DNA of 64,000 bases from the human T2T-CHM13v2.0 reference genome, Homo sapiens. The position numbers were made by a program, and so were the translations under genes. Where the stretch lies: NCBI RefSeq assembly GCF_009914755.1, contig NC_060939.1. One strand, given 5' to 3'. A model generated the notes under the pieces. It searched no databases and had not been told where the DNA came from. It saw only the letters and a program-made list of their open reading frames with translations. Positions 43,593 to 55,875 of this stretch are shown piece by piece (the stretch's first letter is position 1; each line of letters opens with the position of its first letter).

Positions 43593-45174
43593 TAATTACC
43601 TCCAGTCCCCTCTACCCTCTGCACCTTCTCCCTCCTCCCCCTGTGTTTACATTAGAGGAGTGTTTTAACTCTTCTGCAGATTCTCTCTGAAACTTTACAT
43701 TAGCTCTTACTCCCCTATATTTACTACCATACCTTTGGTCTGCATCTTGACTCCCCTTCATGGAAGGTGGGAGTAGGATGGCCTCTGCTATCCACTCTCT
43801 CTAGGTCCCACAACACCATCCTCCTCAGCCTTTACTTTTGCAGCTTAGTCTATAGTAAAAGTGGAGCCCAGTGGATTCGAACTGCAACAGGGGGAGCCTC
43901 TACACCCCTAGGCAGTTGGGCATGTCACTGTTACATGTTACTCACTGCACAGCTAACCGCTGGGCCAGGGGCACATTTCTTTCTCTATGGGCCTAAAGTC
44001 ATCAACACCACCACCACCGTCTCCAACCACACAAGGAAGATATTCTTAGCATCCAGAGCAAATGGGGCGAACTCATTTTGCCTTCCCTCAGGAACTGAAA
44101 ATCCTATCCTATGTTAGTTTGCTTTACAGTGGAAGTTGAATTTTGTTATATACATTTTCCCTATAGCTTTTATTTGCCTTGCTTCCTTTTTATTAACAGA
44201 ATAATATTAATAACAGAATAATAATGTGCCTTTGATGTGGCCTCAGTTTTGCCACCCTTTTATTCTCAAGACCTCCCCTGCCCTCTCCTACCCCATGGAT
44301 CCGCGCCCCCACTCCTTGTCCCTGAGTGGGAGCACAGCCCCGGACTCCCTTTACCACCCTCTGGTGGATCACTCAAGAGTCAATCCCAGGTCTTTCTCTT
44401 AGCTTTCTTTCTCACTTTGCTGGAATACATCCTCAAGTAACTATCCAAGAAAGGATGCATGGGACGATGGGTTTCTGCTTTTTTGAGTCCTTGGAGGTCT
44501 AACAGTATCTTTTTTCTACCCCATGCTTGATTCATAATTTGGCCTAGTATAGAAAACAAGGTTCAAAATTACTTGCCAATCATCTTCTTACAACCATTGC
44601 TACTGATGGGGATCTGATGCACTGCAGTTCTCAGCCTTTGCCGTGAACATTTTATTTTTACCATCTTCGAAATCTGTCAACCAATCTTACTCCCTGTTGC
44701 TCTGCACTTTTGTTCAGATATTTTTAGAGGCAGGTCATTTTTTCCTTGATCCTGCATTCCACGGAGCACTCCATCTGCAGACCCATGTCTCCTTAGGTCT
44801 GTTCCTTAGGTCTGCAACGCTTTCCTCTAATCTTGTATTGTTAATTGCCCTCCCTCTACATTCTTTTCTTTTGGAATTCCTATTAGTTGAAGGTGGATTT
44901 ACTGAATCAGGCTTCTGTGTCCCTTATCTCTGTGTTCGGCATTATCCCTGTGTTTATTTTCCTTCTTTTCTTCTGGTCTGCTCCCTGAGCTGAAACAGGC
45001 TTCCTTACTCAAATCTCATTCATCCCCTAAGACCCAGACCACAGGTCATGTCTGGTGGGAGCCTTTCTGGCCATCCCTGTCCCCAAACAGTGTTCATGGC
45101 ACTCTTGGCCATGGCATTTTGTCCTGACCCTTACTAGGCTGTTGAGTCAGGAAAGGATGTACATTCTCAACTGC

Positions 45175-45571
45175 ATGGGGCTTCTCTATGGGGTGGAGGG
45201 CTGTGGGGACTATGGCGGGGGTGGATAATGTGGGGGAGTGTGGGGGGGCTGTGTGGGGCTGAGGGGGCTGTGAGGGTCTCTGGGGAACTCTGTAGGGTTG
45301 AGGGGGTTGTGTGGGCCTCTGGGGGTGCTCTGTGGTCCTGTGGGGGGGCTGGGTATAGGGCTGAGGAGGCTGTGGGGGTGGGTGCTGGGTGTTGGGCTGT
45401 GGGGGGCTGAAGGGGGCTGGGTGTGGAACTGTGTAGGCTGTGTGGGGCTGTGGGTGTCGGGGTTGTGGGGCTGTGCGGGGCTGAGTGCGGGGACCTGGGT
45501 GTGGGGTCTGTGGGGGCTGGGTTTGTGGGGCTGTAGGGCTGTGGAGGGGGGAGCTCTGTTGGGGGGCTGTG
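45175..45571 (+). repeat. G-rich degenerate simple repeat (GGGGCTGT-like units); continues at 45812-45882
   Basis: Dozens of GGGGCTGT/GGGGGCT/GGGGTT variants with extreme G/T strand skew. Confidence 0.9.
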
Positions 45572-45591
45572 CTCCAAATTTCCAAAACTCC

Positions 45592-45815
45592 ACGTTTTGG
45601 AAATTCAGTGGAGTCTGCTCGCCGCATTTTAACAATGGGGGCCCTGCACCGGCCCAAGACAAGGGTCAGCTCGGGGCTGGGCCAGGAGCCCCATCTGGGG
45701 CCCCACACCCATTTCTGGGATTGCCCCCCACCCCGCCCCCGCCCCCGCCCCCGACGCTTCCGGGAGGTCTAGGCGGCTGCCGTGGGCCGGTCCGAAACGG
45801 CTCTAGGTGCACTGT
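45592..45815 (+). repeat. 224-bp direct repeat, copy 1 (inferred inserted copy)
   Basis: Aligns without gaps to 46808-47031 with 7 substitutions (manual alignment). Confidence 0.95.
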
Positions 45816-47460
45816 TGGGGGGCTGTGTGGGGGCTCTGTAGGGGGGCTGTGGGGGGCTGTGTGGGGCTGTGTGGGCTGGGTGTTACTGCGCTCCTCAGGC
45901 AGTCAGGAGCCCTCGAGGAGTCCGCGGAGTTGGGTTGGGGGAGGCGGAGCCCGGCGGGAGGCGCTTCCCGGGCTTCCCAGGCTCTAGTAAGTTCCTGGAA
46001 TTCGTGAACTGCCGGCCCGGGGGAGGATCTGTGAAGGCCCCGGGAAGGCAGAGGATTCCTGCGCGGACTGCCGCGTTCGGAGGGCAGCCGGGACGGCTGG
46101 GCCGGAGGCGGGGGAGCCCTCGGCTGGGCGGGCGCCGAGCCCGGCCGGGCCATTCACTGCCTCCGAAGCGAGCGGCCAGACCCGCCAGCTGCCCACTCGC
46201 CCCCGACCCCCGCGTCGCGGTCTCCATCCCCCTCGGACCCCGGCCAGCCCCAGGCCCTCGCGGCCGCCGCAGTACGTCGTCTCCACTTCGCAGCGCCCTC
46301 TGCCCACTGCGATTCCCCCAGCCCACGGCGAGCTCAGATGACACAAGGATGATGCTGTGGTCCGGGAGAGAACGATAAGGATTGTCACTGTGCTTTGCAC
46401 TCTGTCATTCTAAGTTTCTTCTCCTCACGTGAGCTCATGTACCGCGGGCAGCGACTATCAGTGAGACTGGGGTAGACGCCACCTCTTTGGCCGCGGGCTG
46501 GGGCGCCGAGTCACGGGTCGCGGGGACGGGGCGGCGGTGCTGAGCCTCGAGCCGCCCAGGCCACGCCCCTCCTGATGTGGCCCCGCCCTGCTCTCCCAGC
46601 TCTCACCCGCGTCCTTTTCCCCCGGGTCCCCTGCGCTCCTCAGGACCCTGACGGCGCATCCTGGGTCCTCTACGCGCGCGACTGTCCCGCCCCTGAAGGG
46701 GCCTGCAGGGTGTCCACGGGACTCGGCTCTTCCTCCCTGACCCCTCAGGCCTGTCCTGGGGGTCCGCCCTAGAAATAGCTCGGAGGAAGGAGCCAGTGAC
46801 TTGGGTGACGTTTTGGAAATTCAGTAGAGTCTGCTCGCGGTATTTTAACAATGGGGGTCCTGCACCGGCCCAAGACAAGGGTCAGCTCGGGGCTGGGCCA
46901 GGAGCCCCATCTGGGGCCCCACACCCATTTCTGTGATTGCCCCCCACCCCGCCCCCGCCCCCGCCCGCGACGCTTCCGGGAGGTCTAGGCGGCTGCCGTG
47001 AGCCGGTCCGAAACGGCTCTAGGTGCACTGTCCGGCTCCAGCCAGGTCCGCTACGCCTGGAGAGCATGGAGGCAAGTTCTGCCGGCTCCACCTGCAAAGC
47101 AGAGCCCCTTTCCACGACTGTGCAGCACCGCTCGCTCCAGCCCCACCATACCCGCCTGGACGGAGACCGACTGCAGCCTGGGAGAGCCTCCAAGCCTGGA
47201 GGCGGGCGCGCGAGCCCTTTCCAAGGAGAACCCACAGCGGCTTCCCCTCTTGCTCCAGGGGCCTCTAGATCCCACCCCACCTGGCACCTGCGTCTCTCCC
47301 AGAACTCGGCCTGCCCCTACCTTCCCGCCAGCCCCCACCCTGCTGGGGCTACTGGGACCTCCTAGCGGCATGCAGCGTTCAGTAAGCAGCCGCCGGGCCC
47401 GGCCTTCGGCCTTTGCATTTCCCGGTCCAGATATGGAGGTGACGGAGGTGTGCTGCGCAC
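45620..47460. promoter_or_regulatory. CpG island downstream of KLF13 (candidate promoter/enhancer)
   Basis: Very high GC and CpG density outside repeats; GC boxes, GGCCACGCCCCT (46559-46570), TCACGTGA (46425-46432), TTCCTGGAA (45992-46000). Confidence 0.8.
46808..47031 (+). repeat. 224-bp direct repeat, copy 2 (inferred donor)
   Basis: Aligns without gaps to 45592-45815; sits in unique CpG-island sequence with no junction anomalies. Confidence 0.95.
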
Positions 47461-48319
47461 TCCCTGCACGCCTCTCCTCCACTGCTCCCCCATGAGAGGC
47501 CTTCCCTAAACCCGGCTAAAGAGTACCTACCCCGTCACCCCCGGCCCGTCCCCCCCCGTCCCCCTCAGACCTAGGATGCACCCACCCGCCAGGGGGTTTC
47601 AGAGCCAGGGCAGGGTGCCGGCCATCCAGCCCCATCCCAGCACCCTTGTCCCTCGGTCCTCCCACTACTCGTCTAGTACTCCCTACACGCCACTCCGCAG
47701 GGCTCAACCCCCGCTGTGCTCTGCGGTCGCAGCTGCAGCCGCTTCGGTGCTCCAAGACCAGAGAGGAAGCAAAGACAGAGCTTTCCCAGCCAGGCATCGC
47801 TGCTTTGGCCTTGAAGGTGAGGTGGGTGATGATGAGAGTTCCCACTGAGATCATGTTCATTATGGCCCAGGCATCGTTCTGAGTGCTGGACCTGTATCCA
47901 TCCTCCCGTCTCATTACTACCACAGCCCTGTTCACAGAGCAAACAGAGGCCTCTATGGAGAGTCAAGGACATGCTGCCTGGCTGGAGGGCACCGGGTCGG
48001 GCTTCTGTCTGCGAGGGTGGTGGGTGGAGAGGTGGGGGGACAGGCAGCCGCATCTGCCAAGCCTGGACTGCCTTTGCCCTTGCATCTCAGGGGGCTCCCA
48101 CAGGGATCACCTGGACAGACAGGAAGCAACTTGCAGGCAAGGTTGTTCCTGGGGGCGCGGTCCATGAGGCTAACATCTCCACAGAGAAGCGCTGTGCACT
48201 GGCCAAAGAGAGATGCTGACAGCGCTGGGGTGCAATGTTAAGTTAAAGGAAAAAAAAGGAAGGTGCCAAGCAGTACATGGAAGACAATCCTACCTGAGTA
48301 AGAATGTAGGGAGTATTTT

Positions 48320-49860
<1,541 letters not shown>

Positions 49861-50133
49861 AACATTTCATCTACAGTTTTGACATTTAATTTCACTTAAT
49901 AATATCACATCAAAATTAATTTGATAAAATAAAAATGGGGGAGGGAAACCCCCAAAGTATGTGGAATTGAGTTTCCCAAGTCATGCTGCTGCTTGGTGGT
50001 GGAGCTGAGATTCCGGCCCAAGAAGTCTGCCTCAGAGTCCCTGATCCTCCATCCTCTGCCTACTGGACATTCACCAGCTTTTCTGGCTGTTGTCCCCTCA
50101 GGGCCTGTGATACACGTGCCCTGGGAGGGTTGG

Positions 50134-50447
50134 TTTTTTTGTTTTTCTTTCTTTCTTTCTTTTTTTTGAGACGGAGTTTCGCTCTTGTTTCCCATGCTGG
50201 AGTGCAATGGCGCGATCTTGGCTCAATGCAACCTCCGTCTCCTGGGTTCAAGAGATTCTCCTGCCTCAGCCTCTTGAGTAGCTGGGATTACAGGCATGCG
50301 CTACCACGCCCGGCTAATTTTGTATTTTTAGTAGACGGGGTTTCTCTGTGTTGGTCAGGTTGCTCTCAAACTCCCGACTTCAGGTGATCTGCCCACTTCG
50401 GCCTCCCAAAGTGCTGGGATTACAGGCATGAGCCACCGTGCCCGGCC
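50134..50447 (-). mobile_element. Alu (AluS-like), full length
   Basis: Full antisense dimer with T-rich tail. Confidence 0.96.
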
Positions 50448-50581
50448 TAATTTTTGCATTTTTAGTAGAGACAGGGTTTCACCATGTTGGCCAGGATGGT
50501 CTTGATCTCTTGACCTTGTGATCTGCCTGCCTCGGCCTCCCAAAGTGCTGGGATTACAGGCTTGAGCCACCGCGCCCGGCC
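50448..50581 (-). mobile_element. Alu left arm only (AluSc/Y-like), fused to the adjacent Alu
   Basis: Left monomer plus A-rich linker, then directly the 5' end of the neighbouring Alu. Confidence 0.92.
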
Positions 50582-50582
50582 T

Positions 50583-51154
50583 AGGGTTTTTAAGGATAAT
50601 TTGGTGGTTGGGGGGCAGCTAGTGAGTTGGGAGTGCTGATTGGTCAGTGATGAAATCATAGGGAGTCGAAGCTGTCTTCTTGCATTGAGTCAGTTCCTGG
50701 TTTGGGGCCACAAGATCAGATGAGCCAGTTTATTGACCTGGGTGGTGCCAGCTGATCCATGGAGTACAGGGTCTGCAAAATATCTCAAGCACTGATTTTA
50801 GGGATCTTAGGCTTTACAATAGTGATGTTATCCCCAGAAGCAACTTGGGAAAGTCAGAATCTTGTAGCCTCCAGCTGCGTGACTCCTAAACCATAATTTC
50901 TAATTTTTTGGCTAATTTATTAGTCCTAGCTACAAAGGCAGTCTAGTCCCTAGGCAGGAAGGAGGTCTGCTTTGGGAAAGGGATGTTATAGTCTTTGTTT
51001 TAAACTATAAACTATAAACCAAGTTTTCTCCCAAAGTTAGTTCAGCTTACACCTAGGAATGAACAAGGACAGCTTGGAGGTTAGAAGCAAGATGGAGTTA
51101 GTTAAGTCAGATCTCGTTCACTGTCTGGGTTATAATTTTGCAGTGGTGGTTTCA
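50583..51154 (-). mobile_element. ERV1 solo LTR (LTR8-like), 3' end missing
   Basis: The reverse complement begins TGAAACCACCACTGCAAAATTATAAC...AGATCTGACTTAACTAACTCCATCTTGCTTCTAACCTCCAAGCTGTCCTTGTTCATTCC, matching the recalled LTR8 5' end. Confidence 0.85.
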
Positions 51155-51339
51155 ACAGTGGCTCAGGGGCTGGTGCCTGTCCCTACCCTGAGCCCAGAGG
51201 ACACTTTCCGTCCTCCAGTCCAGGTTTTTCGTTTGACTTTGCCACAGGAACATTTGCCAGGGGTCATTTCCCAGGCGGAAATGGGCAAAGGGGGGTTGGG
51301 AACAAGCCTGAGGCCCTGAGGCCAAGAGGGTGTCCAGGT

Positions 51340-51620
51340 TCAGGGTGGGGCGGGGTGGGGTGGGGTGGGGCGGGCAGGGCAGGGCAGGGCAGGGGTGCAC
51401 GTGGCAGGGTGGGCAGGCTTCCCGGCGCTCCGCTCAGGCCACGCCCAGCGCCAGCATAATTACCGGGAGAATAATTACGAGCCCAGAGAGCCGCCGACCC
51501 CGCCCATTGCCGACCATTCTCAGGCCTGGGGCGGTGGCGCCCTCTCCTCCTCAGTGACGCGCACTTGCAAAGGCTGCAGGCCAAGAGGTCCAGACGCCTC
51601 GGAGTAGGAGGGGCCGTGGC
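51340..51620. promoter_or_regulatory. Small CpG-rich element with G-tracts, a KLF motif and paired TAATTA
   Basis: (GGGGT/GGGCA)n tracts 51342-51395; GGCCACGCCC 51437-51446; TAATTA at 51457 and 51472; TGACGC near 51555. Confidence 0.5.
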
Positions 51621-51719
51621 CTGCCAACGTTGTCTGTCCTCAAGGGAGGGGCGCTGGGAAGTTCCTGGGCCTGTTTCCCCTTTGGGGTCAGGGCTGCCTC
51701 TTGCTTCCAGCTCTAGCAG

Positions 51720-51850
51720 CTGCTAGCAAGTCCTTTAACATCCCTGAGCCTCAGTTTCCCCATCTATAAAATGAAGATGGATTTGTTGAGGACTAAATGA
51801 GCTACTCTTTGTACAGTGTGAGGCTGATTTTGTAACATTATTATTATTAT
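51720..51850 (+). mobile_element. MIR fragment
   Basis: gcaagtcctttaacatccctgagcctcagtttccccatctataaaatg...gttgaggactaaatgag. Confidence 0.8.
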
Positions 51851-53337
51851 GTTATTTTCAACCATACCCAGTGGCCAGCAGCTCCTGGCACATCATAAAT
51901 GTCAGAGGGATGAACTACACAGATGAGGACGTGGAGGGGGTCAGAGTTAGGAGCTGGATGTGGGGTCTGCAGACTTCTCTGGTCTTTGGGGGTGGCGGCG
52001 GGGGGGGTGGTGATCCACTCTCCCTGGGGAATTCTTCAGTCTTTCTCTCCTGTGCCTCAGCCTGAGGGCCTCTGGCAAGTGCCTCTCCAGGAAAACACCA
52101 CCTCCCAGCTGCTCTCCGGGTCGACCCTGAGTTTATCTTGGGTTTTACGCAGTCCGGGGCCAGTAATTAGCCTAATAAGGAGCCTGCTAGGCCTGCGTCT
52201 CTGCTCAGGCTCCGATAGTTACCCAGTAATTTACCTGATCTCTCGGATAAGGCCTTTGCCTGGACAGGTTCCCACCACAAAGCACAGGATGCTCCTGCTC
52301 GGGCGGGGCCTTAATTGGTGGTGTTTTCAGAGATTCTCCAACCCTAGTTGAAAGGAGCCCAGGCCTCAGAGGCACAACCATGGCCATCACAGCAAGGAAA
52401 CAGCCCAGGTGTTAGGGGACAGGGCTGCACCAGGACACAACAGACCAGACACGGCAGCACTGACGAGTTTAGAAGGCGTATGGGGGTGGCAGCAGAAGCT
52501 GCCAAACCAAAACAGCTGCTGGCATTTCGTGTGTAGTGGCTGGGAGCAGAGCGTGGTGGGCAATGAGGGAGCCAACTTGGCCCTGGGGCCAACCCCGCAG
52601 CCTACACCCAGGCTCTGGCCAGCGCCTATTTCAGGGGCATGCTTGGTGCTGCTGCCTGGCCCCCAGGGTACTCCCAGAGCAAGAGCCCACTGGCTCCTGG
52701 ACCCCAGTGGAGAAGCAGCGACCCCTTCCATCCCAGGGCTCAAGCTCAGGGCTCCGAGCCCTCCCAGCCACCTTTGTCCCCAGGCACAGTACCACATCAG
52801 GAGTGTCTGACTTTGGAGCAGGCCCCCAGGCCTTGGAAAGATCAAGCAGGAGGCCAAGGCTGTTGGAGCTGAGAAGCAGGAAGAGTCAACCATGCACGGT
52901 GCCCTCCTCCCTCTCCCCCAGGGCAGCTATAGGACTCTGTGGGTGGGAAGATCCTGCAGCCAGGCCAAGAAGCCGTGGGCAAGCCCTACAGTCGCCTAGT
53001 GCTCGCCTACACAGCTCCCTTTGATCTGCCCCACTGGGCGGGGCTGTGTCATCTACTGGGTTTTCCCTGGAGCCTGTGCCCAGGGAAGCTCAGTGTCACA
53101 CAGCCCCAAGCATCCTGTGTCTCCCTGGCAGAGTGCGAGCCCCTTATCCTGCCTCAGTGAAGAGGACGGTGCTGGCTGCCCTAGAGGATGTCAGCACCAG
53201 ATGGAGAAGCAGAGCAGACTCCACTGGGCAAAGTTGCAATCACCCTCTGAGAGGAGCTGAGCTCCCTCTGAAAACAAGGGGCCCCTTAGCCCCACAAATG
53301 TGGGGGCAACCCACATGGCAGGGAATTGCATCCCTGA

Positions 53338-53731
<394 letters not shown>

Positions 53732-54519
53732 TGAGGTCCAAGGGTGCTGAAACCTGCACTAACCTCCGCCTCGTGGCTGGGTGCGGGACAAGGGGTGTGG
53801 TCTCAGAGTCAGAGCTGGCTCAGCTTGGGTGGATGTGCCAGGGTGGGGTCGCTGTGGGGCAGAGGGGCACCAGCCACTGGGAGGGAGGGTCTTCTGGCTT
53901 AGGGCTTTTTTGTGCATGTGCACACCTGTCTTGCCCGATCTGCCAGGGCAGGCCACAGGGAGGGGCTGAGAGCCTGACTCTGGGCTCCGGGGCTTCTGCC
54001 ATGCTGGGCCCACACCTTGGTGCCTTTTGCTTTCCTAGGCCCCTTTGCTCAGTGGCTCTTCAAAGCTTTAGCTGCCCCCTTTGAACTTGACTTCTGCTCT
54101 TCACCCAGGGGCTTCCCACTAGGGAGGGTGACTCAAACCCTCAGGCTGCCGTCAGCACTGCTTGGACCCACAGAGGCCACAGCACATAGTCTCAGGCCAA
54201 GCCAGACTGGAGCCTCCCCATGGGGTTCTTGACAGCCTGCCAGGAGACGAGTCCTACTCCTGTTCCACCCCCACTCTGCTCTCCCTCCACCTGGCCTTTC
54301 TCAATGGGGAAAAGGTATTCCCAAATCCATTTTCTGCAGGGAATCCACGGAGCGAGAGCGGTGAAACTGATGACAGGAAAGCCCTGCCTTCATGTTCATG
54401 CTTGTATTTTAACTGGGGAGAGGCAAGAAACCATCCTCAGCATTGTGTCAGATGGCAACCACTAAATAGAAAACAGTGAAGGACAGAAGGGGACCCCACA
54501 TGGAGGGGGTGGCGTGCAG

Positions 54520-55050
54520 TTTAATTAGGTTGCTCAGAGAGGTCTCCATGAGTGGATGACATTTAAATAAAGGCCTTAAAAAGTGAGTCAGCCAGCCTTA
54601 CGAAGTGTGCCACAGGCAGGGAGAACTCAAATCCCAGGTCCAGAGCTGAAGGTGGCTGGTCCCAGAGCTGGGACAGCGGCAAGGCAGGGGGCTGGAGCAG
54701 AACAGGGAGGTCAGAGCTGGGGGTGAGGTGCCCTGCAGGGAAATGGGGAGCCTTGGGGCTTCTAGCAGAGGGGTGGCAGGCCCCAACTTGGGTTTTGGAT
54801 TTTACTCAGATCACTCTGCTGTGTGGAAGGTGGAGGAGGGTGGAGGAGGGTCGAGGGAGGGGGTGGAAGCCGAGAGACCAGGCAGAGGGCAGATCCAAGA
54901 GAGAAGGGACAATGCCTCGGACCAGAGTCAGTTGTGCTGGTTGACTGCCTGTGAGGGTCTGGCTGGCTGGATGCGATGGCTGTGACATGTGGGAGAGAGG
55001 GGCAAGATAAGCTGACCCCGAGATTTGGGTTTGAGCACCTGGAAGCGTCG
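54520..55050. mobile_element. L2 remnant
   Basis: ggatgacatttaaataaaggcc; tttggattttactcag; atcactctgctgtgtgga; ggaagccgagagacca; gatttgggtttgagcacctgga resemble the L2 3' region. Confidence 0.55.
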
Positions 55051-55125
55051 CATCGCTATCATCTTTTTGATGTCACCAGGTGACCTTCTGAGGCAGGTGC
55101 TGCAATGTGTCCCGTCGATAGATAA

Positions 55126-55596
<471 letters not shown>

Positions 55597-55784
55597 TGAG
55601 GGGAGCAGGGGTCAAGGGTGTGCCTAAGGCTTGCATCCCGCCCTCTGGGCACAGGGCCTGTGCTTGGGGTGAGAGCCTGTGCTGTGGAGCAGGAACCAGC
55701 ATTGAGTGGGGGCCACCTGGTGTGTGGGGCTGGGCTGGTCCCTTCATGTGGGAATTTGATCCTCTTAATAACACTCAGCGGGAA

Positions 55785-55875
55785 AGACTATATTGTGCCC
55801 ATTTTACAAATGGGGAAACTGAGGTTCAGAGATGCGGTACTTGCCCAAGGCCACACTGGTGCAGGGACCTGAACG
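55785..55875 (-). mobile_element. MIR fragment
   Basis: cccattttacaaatggggaaactgaggttcagaga...acttgcccaaggccacac. Confidence 0.8.

Noticed and set aside
45094-45987. Long Pro/Gln-rich and Gly/Leu/Trp-rich ORFs (204, 229, 150 aa)
   Set aside because: Translations of the G-rich simple repeat; the shared peptides with ORFs near 46.6-47.4 kb reflect the 224-bp DNA duplication, not a gene family.
46470-46495. CTCF-like GACGCCACCTCTTTGG (also near 12200 and 20105)
   Set aside because: Only the AGGTGGCG half matches the core; too weak to call without PWM scoring or ChIP data.
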